This document shows positions 11,201-26,200 of a DNA stretch of 64,000 bases, one piece after another (positions within the stretch are counted from its first letter, which is position 1; the number at the start of each line of letters is the position of its first letter). This DNA is from Bilabrum cf. latius. Lineage: Eukaryota. The notes under the pieces are model-generated. The model saw only the letters and a list, made by a program, of their open reading frames with translations. It had not been told where the DNA came from and did no database searches. The DNA lies in NCBI GenBank assembly GCA_965178125.1, contig OZ237769.1:372001-436000 (forward strand), read 5' to 3'. The position numbers and the translations under genes are program-made.

Positions 11201-14200
11201 AACACGCGTGCTTCAGCTGGCGCTGCTGGCTGTGTTCAGGACATCGTGCCAGGAGTGGAGAAAGGCTGCCGCGTCTGCCGGATCGATGCCTATTGCACCT
11301 GTTGCGGTGTCGCAGGACACTTGGGGCACACAGGTGCAGCGCACTGCGTTGCGAGGAGCCCTCCTGTTGTCGGCTCCTACGCTGGTTGCCTTTGTCGGCA
11401 CCCTTAGCGCAAGTTGTGGCGGATCGCCTGTGGGAGACGGTACGGAGCCAGGCGGAATCCTGGTGTAGGCTACTGTACCAACTGCTGAGGAGGCTGCAGC
11501 CGGTGCCGTGAGATGCCACGCGTTCGGCGTGGGCAGCATGCGCCGATTAGGCGTAGCAGCTGCAGGCAATTCGTCCATTGCGACAAGCACTCGCGGCAGA
11601 CGCAGTGCTAAATCTAGTTCAAGCCGTGCCACCGTGCACAGCGTGGCTGGCCCTGGGGAGGTGTCGGCTAAGAGAGAGGTGTTCGTGCGGCTGCACTAGG
11701 TGATGCCCCCGGTACCCTTCGCCGTGCCTGGCAGGCTCCGCGGTCTACGGCTCAGGGTGCGATCCGCGACCGACGTGACTCTTTCCGTCTCAGTCATGGA
11801 GCCTTGCGACGAAATGCACTCGTCACATGGCGCCGGCGGCAAGCCGTCCACCAGACTACGCAGACGAGCGGGAGCTCTTTGCACGCAGACGTGCGTGGCC
11901 AGCGCCGACCCGACCGGACGATTTCTCCAGACGGTCCCCCTGCGCGAGGTGAGCGTCCGACCGGGGGACGTGCTTCGAGTGACGGTGCAGCGGCCGGAGA
12001 AAGGCGCCTCTGCTTCACCTGCTGCTGGCTCTGGAGGGCCTCCTGCTCTGCCCTGTGCTGAGTTTGCAGTTGCATCGATCGATGCGTTGCAGTAGGCCTG
12101 CGGCTTCGTTCAGCCGCGGACAGGCGGAGCTTCAGCCGACAACAACAGCGGCCTTGACAGCAGGGAACAAGGGAGCGGCGGAAACTCGGCGGGTCGCGAC
12201 CACCGCGTTACACTGGTGGCCAACCTAGAACCCCCTTCGCTCGGATACTTCCAGGGCGTGCGCCCACCGCCCGCCGATGCTACTGGGGTCCATGACAGCC
12301 CGGGCTCGAGTTCTACGGCATCAGGCGCCGGTGCCAACTCAGGAGGCATCTTTGCGAGTGATGCAAGCGCCGGGAATGTGATTCCGCACCACCTTATGTT
12401 CCGTGTGGCTGAGCACGGTACGACTGCGGGACCCACGTCGAGCGCCTTCCCTTCTCCCATGATCAGCAGCAGCGGAGCAACGAGTGACGTGGATGAGGGG
12501 CGGTCTGTCTCCGCCGCTGCTGAGGTGGTGCCGGTTCTTAGCTCGTTCGGCACGTCTGACGAATCGACTGATATTGGCGAGGAATCCGCTGCGTAGCGAG
12601 AGTCGGCATCGGGTAGTGTTACCAACTTGCAGCACGTGTCTATTATTTACAGGGCCAACAGGCCGGTACCAGACGTTCAGGTCGTGCTAGGTGCACCTGC
12701 TCCGTCGACGGATGGTGCCAATGGAGGACAAGGGGCGTGCTTCATGTACGACGGCAGCTCCGGCGCTCTGTCCTCTGTCCGGCCGTGGCTGGGCTAGTCC
12801 ACCAGTGGATTGGGCCATACTGCGGTGACCGATTAGGGGGTGTCGTTGGCATGGGCGGTTGAGGTGACGTGCCAGCGGGCTGGATCTGATGGAAGCAGTG
12901 AGATTTCTGAGTAGCAGGGGCATGACCAACTTAGCGTGCTATTGGGTTCGTGTCGGGCACAGGGAGGTGGGTATGGAGGCATAGTCAGCGCCGAAAACAC
13001 CTGGTCTTTGAGAGCAAGACTGGAGGCAAGCGAATCCCTTAGCGTCTTCTCTCCTAGCCTGCCAGTTGATTTTATTGCCAGCCCGGCCGATGCAAGTTGT
13101 GGTCACAGGCCGATCACAAGGAATTCGGCTGATGCGACAGCGAGTGCGCTTCGTCATTTGCGGCAGCAGCGCACGCTGACGAAGCGAGATGGCCATCGGT
13201 TGTTTGGATGGGATGGACCAGCCGCAGGGCGCAGCGAAACAGGCTCAGACTCGGATTCTGAATCAGATTCTGAGCCTGGGTCGGGTGCCGAAGCCGTCTC
13301 ATCACTTCGGTCTCCCAGGGCTACTGCAGATGGGCATCTCATTGCACCAGAAGTGTCTGTCCTCTAGGCGTGTAGCCGGCTGCTAGCACTGTCAGGACCT
13401 ATGAACTCGCGTGCGTCGGCGACCGATCATGTCAACTCTGCACCCGACCGGCAGGCGGAAGGGGCGGCGAGCCTCCCAGCAGGGGACATTCCGGAGAAAT
13501 CCATCTGGAGAGCCGCTGGGAATGAAGATGAAGACCGGTCTCAGCGCGGTGTCGACGCGATGCTGGCCGGGCAGGTTGCCGCTTGCAACGCCGCCGCGGT
13601 TGACGACTTCGTGGTTGCCCTGCAGCGGTGCTTTGAGCTGGTTGGGCGCATCGCCGCCCTGCGTGCATCCACGGTCCCGGGACAGCAAAATGCGTGGAGG
13701 ACCCACGTCCTGCAGCTGCAGTCTTTGCTCCGTTCGGTCGTGCCTCCTCTAGAGGGTTCGAGCGGTTGGGCGAGCCGGACGGTGCTTGCACCCAGCAAAC
13801 AAGCCATGGAAGCCATCGGCAGCATGCTTGTACCGGCAGCTGTCTCGAGCAGCAGTGCGCATCCACCGAAACCCCGGATTCATGCTGCGCTCGAGTTTCT
13901 TTTTGCAAGCGGCATGCAAAAAAGAGTCGCATCCCGTGTGCTAGCCACTGCGGGGATCCAGTCAGCCGCACCAGCAGCACGCAAGGGCGATCGGAAGGCA
14001 GCAGAACGTGCCCTAGTCGTGACCACCGTACGATCGTGCCTGCTGCCGCTGCTCACTAGCGTATCGATGGCTGCCGCAAGGTGCACTGTATTGCACGCCG
14101 GGGACAGGAGCGACGCCTGGGCGGCGTCTTGGCTGGGCCCTGCCGCTGACGCTGCCCTGAGGCAATGCCTGCCTGTGCTTGCCAGGGCGCCTGCAGACAG

Positions 14201-17200
14201 GGTTAGCATCGTGGCAGCGACTCTGAACTCCGAGAGCGGTGCCGCCGCTGCTGGTATGACGAGTGCACCGAGCAGCGGTGCAGGGAGTGTGACGAGTGCA
14301 CCGAGCAGCGGTGCAGGGAGTGACTAGGCCGACAGGGGGCAAGCAGACTCGATGGTAGCGCGCAGCACAGAGGGCCAGGTGCTGGGCAGGCTGCTGATGA
14401 TGCAGCAGCAGCAGCAGCAGCAGCAGTAGCAGGAGGAGCCGAGCGGGGCTCTTGATGATGTTATTGGTGGAGAAGACGGTCGAGGCGGCGCAGGTGTTCC
14501 TTCAGCTGCTCCTGTTCGGCTGAGGCTGGCGGAGATACTGCTAGGGCACTCGTCACGATCGACTGCTGCACCCGGGGCGACCTTGTTGGACACTCGCCAC
14601 ACCATCCCATTTGTGTCGGCCGCTGGTTTGCTCCGCAATGCTGTCTTTAGCGCTGTGCAGGAGTTGGCAGTGCTGTTCCAGGCTCCATCTCTGGCTGCTC
14701 GGGGTGGTGGCGCTCTCTCAGTCCACGGTAGCGGATTGCCGCATTCGGCTGCTTTGACTCGAAGAGGGCGACGCATGTCTGCCGGTGTGCTGAGGTGTCT
14801 GATGGCCGGGCTAGCCGAGTCTGTGGCAGAGCATTCGAAGGGCGCGCGGGCGCAGCGGCTGAGGGAGCTCATTGGGTCCTCTCTCAGGCTGGTGCATGCC
14901 GTGACAGACGCTTGTAACTCAGCTGCTGAATCAGGATTTGCAGTGGCACTAGGGCAGGGAACCGAATAGAAAGGTGGGGATCAATCTGGTGCTACTTCGA
15001 GTGCATCATCGCACGCCGGTGGTAAGTCCTCTGAGAGCAAAGACTAGGACGTGGATGCAGATCAAAACGGAGGACGTGACTCATCCGCCGCTGCAGCTGC
15101 AGCCGGCAGTGATGTATCAGAGAGCACCGGTATGCTGCACGACATCAGCAACTCTGCTGCCTTGGTGGTGCTAAAGGAGACAATCCTGCCATTCTTTGGG
15201 TGCCGGGAAGGCATGTAGCTGCTGGCGTCTTCGCCCGTCTCTCTAGACGATGTCTTGCGGAATGGCTCAAACCGGGCCGGCTCACCCGACGCGACGAATG
15301 CATCTGGCTAGCAGCAGGGAGAAGAAGCCGCGGGTGCCTCATCACAGCATGGAGAAGACGACGACTAGGCGGGCAGGCTGCTGGACGAGCTCTTGGATGG
15401 GAAATTCGCGCACGTGGGCGGCAGTGCCACGGGCCCGAGCCGCTCAGCGCATGCTAGTAGCAGCGCGCAGGTGCACGCAGGCGGGGTAGCGGTTGCCAAG
15501 CATTTCATCCGGGCGGTGCTAGAGATGCACAGCGCCCATCAGAGGTGCTGGGCTGCAGTTGCACCCACTCTTGTGGGGCAATCAGCTGAGGAGCCCACCG
15601 CACCTATGGATGGAGCTGCATCTGCTGGCAAGGCAGATGCATCAACTGCTCTGGTTGTCCGTAGCAGATCGCGCATCGAATCAGTTGGTGTGGGCAATTT
15701 TGGCGTGCTGGATTTCGCCAGGCTGCTCGTGCAAGGCAGCTCACCGTTTCGGGTGCTGCCAGCTGGGCAATGCAAAGTGGACGGAATGCACACAGCTTTG
15801 GCCACACAGTTGAACCAGTCTCTGCTAGCAGCAAAGCCGCATGTATCTGTTGAGATCGTGGACGAACAGCTGCAAGTCGCCGCCAAGGAAGCAGCCACAG
15901 GCAGCACCGTCATTGAGATTCCCGACGGGGGCGCAGTACCGTAGCCCTCGACTGTCCTTGGCGCAGCCTTGCAGAGGCACTCCCCCGGCGATCTTGCAGG
16001 CCTGGTGAAGTATGAGCGGGTGAAAGCCATTCGACAAGGAGCCAAGCGCGGCGTGTCTCCACCAGCGCAGAAAAAGGAACCGCCGGCGTGCGTTGACGTG
16101 GCGTCCAGGACCTACACCCTGCGGTGGACGGTTTCTCAGTCGGCCGCCGAGGCCATCGCGCTCCGATTCTCGAAGCAGTGCGGTGTTCCCGGGAGAGCAG
16201 TGTGGGTCTCTATCCAAAGGTGTGTCGACGACAAAGACGAAGCCAGTGGCAGCTCACGCGGTGTCAAAGCCGCTGCACAGCTGGGAGGTACCGCGAAACC
16301 TACCAAATCGGGCAACGTTGGGGTGGCGGTGTAGAGTGGCAGCGACGAGGATGTGGTCGATTGGCTGATGAGCGGCCAAGGCGCTCGTGCTGGCGCACCC
16401 TTGGACGCAATGGTGGCAAGCGGGGGCGTGGGTATCCCCGTTGCAAGCGATGGCACTGGCCTTGCGTCCCCTGGTGAGTTTCCCCCTTCTGTAGGACTTG
16501 GATCCACAGCTTCATCATCCATCGGATTCGGTAGCACACAGGGCTCCATACCCACCACTGGCCCGAGGCCTGTTGGGGAACAAGAAGGTGTGACGAGTGG
16601 TGCCTAGCGGTAGGCAGCGCGCGAAGCGATCGATTCGCCTACCATGCCCCTCCAAGCAGCAGGCTCCCATCAGGGTTCGCAAGAGGCAGACAATCGCGTG
16701 TCTCGAGATGCTGGGGCTCCTCCGCATACGCCAATCGTGCCAAGCATGATGAACGTTCGCCCGGCCAGCGACCCCCGCTACCGCACGCCGCCGGACCAGG
16801 TCATCAACACACCCGCTGGACGAGCCACATAGCTACGCACCGCGGCTGCGTCCACAGGCAGACCCGCTTCCGCCCGAGGAAGCAGGACTGGAGCTGGAGC
16901 TCCGTTGGGCAACGTTGAGGGAGGAACTGAGGGCGCCGAGGGTATAACGGCGCAGGCGCCCGCGAGTAGCAGCGGTGAATCTGCCACTACTGCAGGCGGT
17001 GCTGAGGTGGTGCACGAGCCGGGAGCAGAGGCGGAAGAGGCAGGCAGCGCTGACTCGGTGGCAGCGGAGTTTATCAGCCTGCCGTCGTCAGTGATGGATG
17101 AGTAGATTGGAGCGGCAGCCGGAGAGACGGGCGCCTAGGCGGCGTCTTCATCTTCACGACCGTCATCTTCAATTGCAGAATCCGGTGCGTCCAGGGCTGC

Positions 17201-20200
17201 CGCAGAGTAGCACGAGCAGCGGTGGCGGGACATATTGACCATGGCCACCGGCCCCAACAGCGAGGTCACCATCATTTAGGTGGACGCCAGCGATGACCCC
17301 GGGAGGGCCGATGGTGACCCGCAACTCAACTCCGATGACGTGGTTGAATCAGCGAGGCAAGCCGCCCGAGCAGCCCTCACCCGCATGCGGGCTCGTATTC
17401 GGGACCAGAACGGATCTGGGGCGCAGGTGGGTGAGGGATCCGAGCCAGAAATGCGCACCACCGCGGTTGCAACCGGTGGTGGCAGTGCACGACCCGCAAC
17501 TGGTGGACAAGCGACGAACCAGGCCATGGGGGGTGCTAGGGGTCTTGCCTCACCAGTCAGCGTGCGGGATCAGCTGCGCACCGGCCAGCACTCCCGGTTT
17601 AGAACGGCCATCAACCGGCTCAGGACGCGCGGTGGAGAGCTAGCTGGGGTCATCCGGCAGCCCGGGCGGTTTCAGCGCGACATCGCTCGGCAGCTTCTCG
17701 ATGCGCTCCGGATCGAGATCATGAACGCACAGGAAAGGCTGTTCGCGCGGTACCTGGGCAGGAGGATCGGCCAGAGGACCGGATCGTCTGATGCCGCTTC
17801 CGGTTCCGGTTCCGGTTCCGGTTCCGGTTCCGGTTCCGCTTCTGCCTCTGCCTCCACGACGGCAACAGCACAATCTGCGAGTGATGGAGGCGACGACGAA
17901 GAAGAAGACCCCTTGGCGCAGATGGCAGCGGTGCTGGGTGTGGGTGACTCGTCAGGGACAGGCAGAGGATCAGGCCACTCGGGGACCGCGCGGGGTGGTC
18001 GGAGGAGCAGCGCCGGCACCGGGCTAGCAACAGAGGACCGCGACGTCGGTGGAGCAGCAATGCCGAGTGGAAATACCTCGGGCGGCAGCACCACTGCTGC
18101 AAGCAGCGGCGCCCAGGGTGCCTCCAGTCGGGGTGTTGCCGCGGCGCCGCCTGGTTCCGCACCGAGACCGCCCCCGCCGCGGGGTTCAAACCCACGGAGG
18201 GCTATCCCTCCCCCGCCTCCGCTCGGGGCGCCGCGCAGCGGAACCAGGTAGGTGCAGCCATTTGGGGAGGTCGTTCCCTCGGACGTCCTGCAGGTGGCTC
18301 AGCTTGAGGCTCGCAAGCGCGTGTCAGGAAGCTCTGCAGCAGTGCAAGCCATCGGGCTCGCTGCCGCTGACTAGGCCTGGATCAGCCCGTGGTTGCGCAT
18401 GACGCAGGGCATCGACGGACTGCAGCAGACATAGCTGGACTGGGGCGTGTGGCCGGAAGAGCCCGTGGTGGTGGAATCGGGCAAGCTGCAAATCGTACTG
18501 GGTGGTATCGAGGATGTTGCAATGGCCCGGCAAGCTGTGCTCGGAGCTGCCAAGGCCGCGAGGGAACCGGCGATTGCGTACAACGGTATGGTGGTGGATA
18601 CCGTATCGCGGTACGAGCTGCTGCCGGCACCCACTGCTAGCAAGCCCAACCGTAGCCAAAGCATCGTCAGCTCAGATGAGACCCAAGCCATGTCAGTTAG
18701 CGCGCTCGGCCTGTCGTTGGCATTCGCCAGTGCCATGGATACACTGTGCTCGGATGATTCGAATGGTACCGGTGCTATCGCTGATATCGAATCAAGTGGC
18801 TTGAGCGAAAAGGCAACTGCTGCAGCCGGCTCTGGTGCCGGTGCACCCAGCGCTCATTCAAGCAGCGCGGCGGACGAGCAGGAGCTGGAGCAATGGAAGC
18901 GCAGGCTTCGGGATGCCAGACACCAGCAGCTGCACCAAAGGCGCAAGCGACGGGCACTGGTGGCGTCGCTGCGGAAGCGTCTGACCCGGAGTCGCGCTAC
19001 ACGCAGCACTGCAATGCACCCTGTGGGTGTCGGAGGCAAAGCACCCGCTGAATAGGCAGCAAAGAACGGCAACATGAACGCGGAATCTGTAGCAGTGTAG
19101 GAAACAAAAGCGCTGTCGGCATCATCTTCACACAGGTTGCCGTCCACCAAGCCACCGAGAATGCCAGGGGGTGCAGCTTCACAAGCCGGGCTTGTCTCGA
19201 AATTGATGCCAGGTACAGCCCCAGCCAACACAAGAGCGCAGCCGACCCACGGCGAATGGTCCTCTGGCGACGAAGCATCACGCCGACCCGATACCACTCG
19301 TCACACATTGCCAGCAGCTGCCATGCCTTCTCCCCTGTTTCAGGGGCTGTCAGCCAGTGCCGGAGGTTCGCTAGGAAGCACTTTGGGCACGCGAAGCCCG
19401 GGTGTTGCAAGCGGTAAGAGCCCACCGGTCCTCGGGGGCTTCGCGCCGGGCCAGCGTCGCACCATCCCACCCAGCCCACTGGGACAAGCCAGCGGATCTG
19501 CAGAAGACCTGGCCGACCTTTCGCTGCCCTCGTCTGCCATGGGGGGCGAAGTGGGCGGAGGTGATGGAGGTGAGGAGGACGAGGACGACGGTTCCGCAGC
19601 TGGAAGTGGGCACACTCGGGGTTCCTCTGCTGTGGCGCAAGGAGGCCCAGCTGTCATGCGCAGGTCGGCTTCGGAAGGCACTGCATCCCAGCGAGCCGTG
19701 AAGTCATCGATCCGATCTGTCTCCAGCGCCTCTGAATCTGACGCAAGGGGCGGAGGCACCACTTCTGCTGGATCCGACAGCGGTGCTGGTGACACGGACA
19801 ATGCATCTGGGGACGAGGGCAGGAGCCTGGCACCTGGATCCAGGCAGCTCGGGGCACAACCCACGCCCATGCTGACTCCTTTTTCACCGCTGTAGGCGGC
19901 AAGCGGAATCGTTCCCGCGCTTCCGACCGGCGACGATTTCTTACTGGATGGGGGTTCCGCATCTCAGGGATCTGGCGGTGCATCGTCGCTCAACACGGCA
20001 GGGTCAGGCGGGGCCGCCTCCTCTCGCGGGGCCGTTGGATTCTCCGTGTCAAACAGTGCAGGGAACAGTGCCGCTCTCGCAGGGGAAAACCTTTCGGTCT
20101 CTCAGTTCCTTGGATCTGCTTCCCAGACTGGCAGCCGTGAGTCGAACAACGGAGACGGCGAGCAGGAGCAGAAGCAGGGGTCTCCTGTGCCGCACTCACC

Positions 20201-23200
20201 CGCACTGCAGGCCAGTGTGCGCGGCGCCCTGGTTCCGCAAGGGCAGGGCGATGAAGCGGAAGAACGTGCGTGGCGGCTTGGCCAGCCGCCCTCTTTGAGT
20301 CTCGGGAGCTCGCAGTAGCCCGGCAATGCATTGCACCCAACCGGACCCGGGGCAGGATCCACCGGTGGGTTGAACCTTTCTCTCCTGCCCAGTCCCTCGG
20401 ACGGCATGGCCGATTTTGGGTCACCGCGCACGACCCGTTCAGGGGGCGGCATGGCTGATGGCGACGCGTCGAGCCGAACGATGATGTAGGGGCAAGAAAT
20501 GCCGCAGGGCGTGCTAGCGCAGTCGAGGCGTGCGAGGGGCTTCGGACTGACTCTGCAGGACATGTCAGCGCATGCCCTTGACAGCCCGCTACCCATCGGT
20601 GCGGAACCGGCCGGGTCGGTTGGCAGCGGGTCGCGAGTCACAGGGTCGTAGACAGGGCCCGTTGCGTCAGACCACGTCAGCGGTTCAGCACACCCCGGTC
20701 GACCCTCCATCGCTCGTTCCGTGGGTGGCCCTCCGGTGGTATCCCAGGGAACAACGGGGGCCGATGCTCGAGCCGATCTCGACAGCTTGGACGGGGTGGG
20801 CAGCCGCGGAGTCGCCCCTCTCGCGGTCGGGCTGCACAGGGTTGGCAGCGACGTGTCGTCGATGCGAAGTCCCGACGGATCCACCGGTGGACCAGCCGAC
20901 GGAGCGACGATTCTGACATTTGGAACTGTAGAGGAGGAGGAGGACGGAAGGGACATGGGCAGCATGGGGTCCCCTGTGGGCTAGGGCGGGTCGGGATTCC
21001 GAAGCACGAGCGGTGACGGTCCCGGGCATGGCGGCAGCACCGTTGGCGACAGGTCAGTGGGCGAGGCAGGAGACACTCGTCACATCGAAGAGCTGCTCGA
21101 GGGTGGTCGCCCTGCCGCCATTCGATCCTCACGCAGGGATCGAAACCGGAGCAACCACTCGCCGCAGTCACCAAGCTCACCCGACCCGTCGGTGGGCAGA
21201 GCTGCGAAGTGCCTTGGCGAAGGAGACAATGATGGCGCGGCGCTGGCCTGGTCGTAGAGCCTGCTGCTGAAGAACGGCTTCACGTGGCTGCACGATGCGC
21301 GAGATGCAACGACCTTTGACGAGTTTCACAGCGAGAGCGACCTGGCCGCTGCTCCTAGCCAGGGAACAACGGGCCAGGGAACAGCAGATGGTGCTTTCAA
21401 GAGTGCACGCGATCCGATTTTCGAGGAATCGGGCACTTCCACCGTGTCTCCCGGCCTGCCGTCCCGCAGCCCCGCCTCTGCATCAGCACTCCCTGCTGAG
21501 CTAGAGGACTGGGTGGCACGCGAGGAGGAGCAGTTATTCTGCGAGGCTATGATCAAGCTGGCTTCAGGCGAAAAGAGGAAGCAGATCGAGACAATCGCCC
21601 CGCTCGCGTACCCCAGGCTGTTCTCTGCAAGCGACGGGGGCGATGATGATGCCGGTAGAGGAGGGGCAGCAGCAAGTGGCGCCGAGGGCGTCCCACCGGC
21701 GGTCATGAAGCGGTCAAAATCAGAGGGTTCGGGCAGGGCAGGAGCCAAAGGTGCTGGACCGTCCGGCGAACCATCCATCGCGGCGTGGGCTGCTGCAATG
21801 CAATGCATTGCTCGTCACTCCGACGGCGCGATCCTTCAGAAGACCGGGTGGAAGAACAAGCGATGCAACGCAGCCGAGCGGGCTGCAGCGGCGGCTATCC
21901 TACGACACGCAGGTCTTGTGCCGCTTGCGATTCAGTGCTTCCGGGAGTATAGGTCGTTCTGCCGATCGAGAAATAGAGGTGCTGACGGAGCTACTTCTGC
22001 GGTGCCTTCTCACCCGCCTGCTGCCATCCTGCAGGTGTTCAAATCGGCACGGAGGCTCCGGTCCTGGATGCGGCTCGTCAAGCAGCAGTGTGGCGACAAG
22101 AAAACCATCGACAAGTTGTCGGTGGGCGTGCAGGCGCGGGCTGCCCTCCTCCTCGAGGTGACGCCTTGCAGCGCAGCGACCCTTCATTCGCAATCCAGGG
22201 ATGGGTCATCGCCCGAGGCATCGCGGTTGAGCCCATCCGTGGAGCGATCCGTGGTGGCCTTCGTGACATCACACGGGCTGGACACCGCCAAACTGTGCCT
22301 GCTCGTGGCACGGGATCACGCGGCGCGAGCTCAGGTAGAGCGGTAGCAGCAGTGGCTTGAAGAGGCTAGCCTGCTGGCATGCGAGGCCGCTGCAGCTGCT
22401 GCCTGCGCTGCGCTGCGGCCGCAGCCAGTCTTCTCTGGCAACACCGAGGATTCGACGTTGAATCCGGAGCCGAATAGTGCTGCGATGACCCCTCGTCATG
22501 CAAGTGTCGATGCCGGTCTGCATTCAGTGCAACGGGCGTTCAATGCACTGCGTGGAGCTGCGCTTCCAGCCCGTGTCCCGCCATCCCGCGGCAGTGCTTC
22601 CATTGCGATAGCTAGCGCAAATGCCTTGTATGCATTGGCCAGCGCTGTGCCACGGAGTGAGGGAACCAGACGTGGGACCGACACGGCACTGTTTCAGGCT
22701 GGTGGGCCGCGCGGTAGGATTTATCTTCGTGCAGTGATGCAAGGGCAACTGCAGCGCACGGTGCTGCACTTGCTGGCTTCATTCTCGAACGAGCCGAGCC
22801 ATGGTGCGCTGCCAGTGGTGGCTATGCTTCTACGGGGCGGCTTGGGCTCGATGGATACTCCTGCATCGTCCGCTTCCAGCGCTATCCAAGGCCACCCTGG
22901 GTCAGGATATCTCGCTCAGAATTCATCTCAGTCTCTGGCACAGGAAGAGCTCATTCATGCAGCACTTGCTGCTATCTTTCAGCTGGCGGGAAGGGCCGTT
23001 CAGCCTGCAACAGGTGCATTGCGCGATGGTGCGGGACCTCTGATGCTGGAGTCTGCCGGACCGTCCGGCCAAAGCAACTCTCAGACGGAGGCCGGGCCCC
23101 CGTCAACCGTCATCTCTCTGTTTCAGTCCCCTGCACCAAAGGGTCAGACCAAGCGGGGCATCAGTGTCGCGGGCTTTGTGCCTGGTGAAGCGAGCACAGC

Positions 23201-26200
23201 AGCTGCAAGCTCCGGCACAGCAGACGGGGACAGCGTGTCTATGCCTTCTGCGTTGTTCACGCCTCTAGCCCAGATCAGGCCCGGGGATGGAGGCCCGCTT
23301 GCCAGGGCTCCTACCGCTGGATCCACGCCTGTGCCCGGTGCACCAGGCCGAGGGTCGTTGCCGCAGCATGATGCTACGGGTGTGTTGAGTACAGGTGTGA
23401 CGAGTGCAGCAAGCCGAGGAGCCTCTCCGGAAGCGAGCAGCACCCCTTCCGGCGCTGGTGACGCAGGCCGGGCTGGTGCCCCTTGGCTGGCACGTGCTGC
23501 GCTCGTGGACATAACGCACCTCTGCAGGGCCAGCACGAGGCTTGGGGGCGCGCCGTCAACATCGGGTGCGATGAATGTCGTCGAACGTTCGTCCTGGCAA
23601 GAACGGCTCTACGGCGGATAGATGGGGGTGCCGCGCGTGCAGATGACGCTGACGATTCCAGCGGAGTGGTAGGCACTCGTCACATCGATCGACGTGCACG
23701 CCACCCTCCGCGAGGACGCCAAGACGCAGGCACTGTCCGAGGACGTTCGCACGAGAATGAGAGAGTAGCTGCCCAAGGAGGTGCAGGTGAGCATGCTATG
23801 CCAGGGGCTGCCACGGAGCGCCGGCGCCCCGGCCTGGATGCCCCCAACGAACGTTCGGTTGCCTTTGTCCTCGCCGTGGGTATGCGTGGCCAGGTGCAGT
23901 GAGGTGCCTATGCATCCCAGAAATGCCGATGGGCAGCAGAGCCCGACCACCGTGCTGGTCACCAAGGCGGCTTGCATCCCCACGCTGCCCTCCATGGCGA
24001 CAGCTCGCGGTGGATTGTCCATGGCCCCTCGGGTACTTCAGGTGAGGCTGGGGGTCCTGCGCAACCATCACGGCGGCAACTCGTCACAACTAAGAGCTGT
24101 TAGGGTTCTGGCAGTTGTTCCCCCGCCAAGATTGGAGTTGGTGCCCATGCCCCTGGCCTCGCGGACAGCCAGTGTAGCTTCATCTGGCTTGGGCAGCCAC
24201 GCTGCTGCGGCACTGGCTGCACTAGGGCAGCAACTGTTGCAACTGATGCACGTAAACCGGTTGGGTGGCACTGCTGGCGGCAGACGAGTAACGCTAGGGG
24301 GCGCATCGACCAGTGCCGGTGGTGGCACTAGTGCGCTCGTTCCAGCCAATCCGCAGCGCACACGCGACAGCCGAGCCAATGCCATTGTGGAAGCAGTAAA
24401 GGCGGGCCAAGGCGCCGCTTTGAGCTGCGTGGAGCTGATTGGCGCCAGTTGGGCACCCTCTCGTCGAAATAGGAGTAGTCATAGCGCTGCCATCTAGAGC
24501 AGTGATGGCATGGTTAAGTTTGTGTGCGACCAGGTATCGGTATTTGCAAGTGGCGGCGATGGCCGCTGGCACGGCACGTTGGCAGAGTCGTGCAAATCAG
24601 AAGATGCCATCTACAGGCAGGCAGCGGTAGTACAGCAGCATTGCACGGTCGTTCGGTATACTGTCACTGCGGTCCAGTCGCTTCTGAGGCAAGAGAAGAA
24701 AGGTGCCGCGACGGTGCAGCAGGATCTTGTCGCATTGGCTGGGGGTCTCGCCGCCGGTGCCATCCGAATCGGCACGATTGCTGCCGCGTGGTTGGCATGC
24801 CTTGGCGCCTCCTTGCCGAATACTGGAGCCGCACCTGGAGACCATTCGCCCGGATTCGCTGTAGCAGATGCTCTCGCAGGGATGGTGCGAGAGCAGTCGA
24901 GACTGGTGCGGGAAGCAGCGCATCTACTCGGTGCTGCGCGTGATATGACAGCGTTGGACCAAGCCCCCGGCGCGTCCGATGGTGCGTCGCTCGCCCGCAA
25001 GCAAACTGTTTGCAGCCCACAAGGTGCGGTTGCCACGGCAGAATGCGCCATGGGGCCGGCCATCGCTCTGGCCTTATTGCAAGAGAACCTGTGGGCCGTG
25101 GTGTCACCACCACGACAGCATGCACCCGGCAGCCGATCAGAGGTTCAAGCGCCGCGGCGCTGGGAATCGGCCCCGGTGTCCGTGCCGCAGGCAGCCACTG
25201 CTGCCCTCATTCCAGTGGCGGCGTCCTCCATTGGGGCACTATGCGGTCGCACGGGCCCGGCACGAGCCGCCAGGGCGATGTGCAAGGCATCGCGCAGCTG
25301 GATCGCGCAAACACTTCGAGAGAGCATGTCGCTGTCCAGCGGGGCGCATGCCGCGCTGGCGCAATCAAATGATAATAGTGATGGGCCAATCCACGGATAC
25401 TCGATGCAGCAGCTCAGGCAGTCGAGTAGGCCCGCTGCTGCGCTATCGACTGCAACCAGCCGAGCTGCCTTGGAGCTGTGCAGCGCTGCCATGTGCGGTG
25501 CTTGTGGCTACGCCCACTATACCTCGTCCAAACAGATCGAAACAGCCGAAACCGGTCCTGTTGCGGGGCATTTGACAATCCCAGCCAAGCGGCCATCCAT
25601 GCTGGGTGGCCACATCCCGCTGGTGTGGCTCAAGAGGCTACTTTTGGGCAGCCCGGGCACCGGTCGTGGGTGGTCCGCGGCGAGCTCTGCGGCGATGTCA
25701 AGGCGCGGAGGTAGGGTGGGCGCAGCTGGGGGCGGCAGTCCAACCTTGGGCCCGCTGATTGAGAGTGATGCGGGCGGTTTCACTGAGCTGGGTGGATAGA
25801 GTGGCGACTTGGGTGGCCAAAATCGCGATGGTGTGCTCCCGGGGTGCAGTTCAGTGCACTCGCCGCATCCAGCCGCCCAGTCGCCAGCTGTGTCAGGCAG
25901 CGGCAGCGGCTTCAGACCCGCAATAGACAGGTCTGGAAGGATGGGGGCAGTCGAAACCGAGGCTCAAATCGCTGCTGGACTTCTAGTGGCGGCAGCTACG
26001 GACAGGCTGCAGTCAACGGCTTGGCAGCTCCTCCAGCAAAGAGTCGGTCTTGAGACAGACCCTGGGATGCACGCTTCACTGTGGGAGGCTCAGGGGCCCC
26101 TTGAGCTGCAGAGCAGCTGGACGCTTCAGCTTGCTCGGCATGCAGATATCGTTGCGATCGCGAAGGGCTCGGCTGCCGTTGCGTGGGACTCGCTCTCACG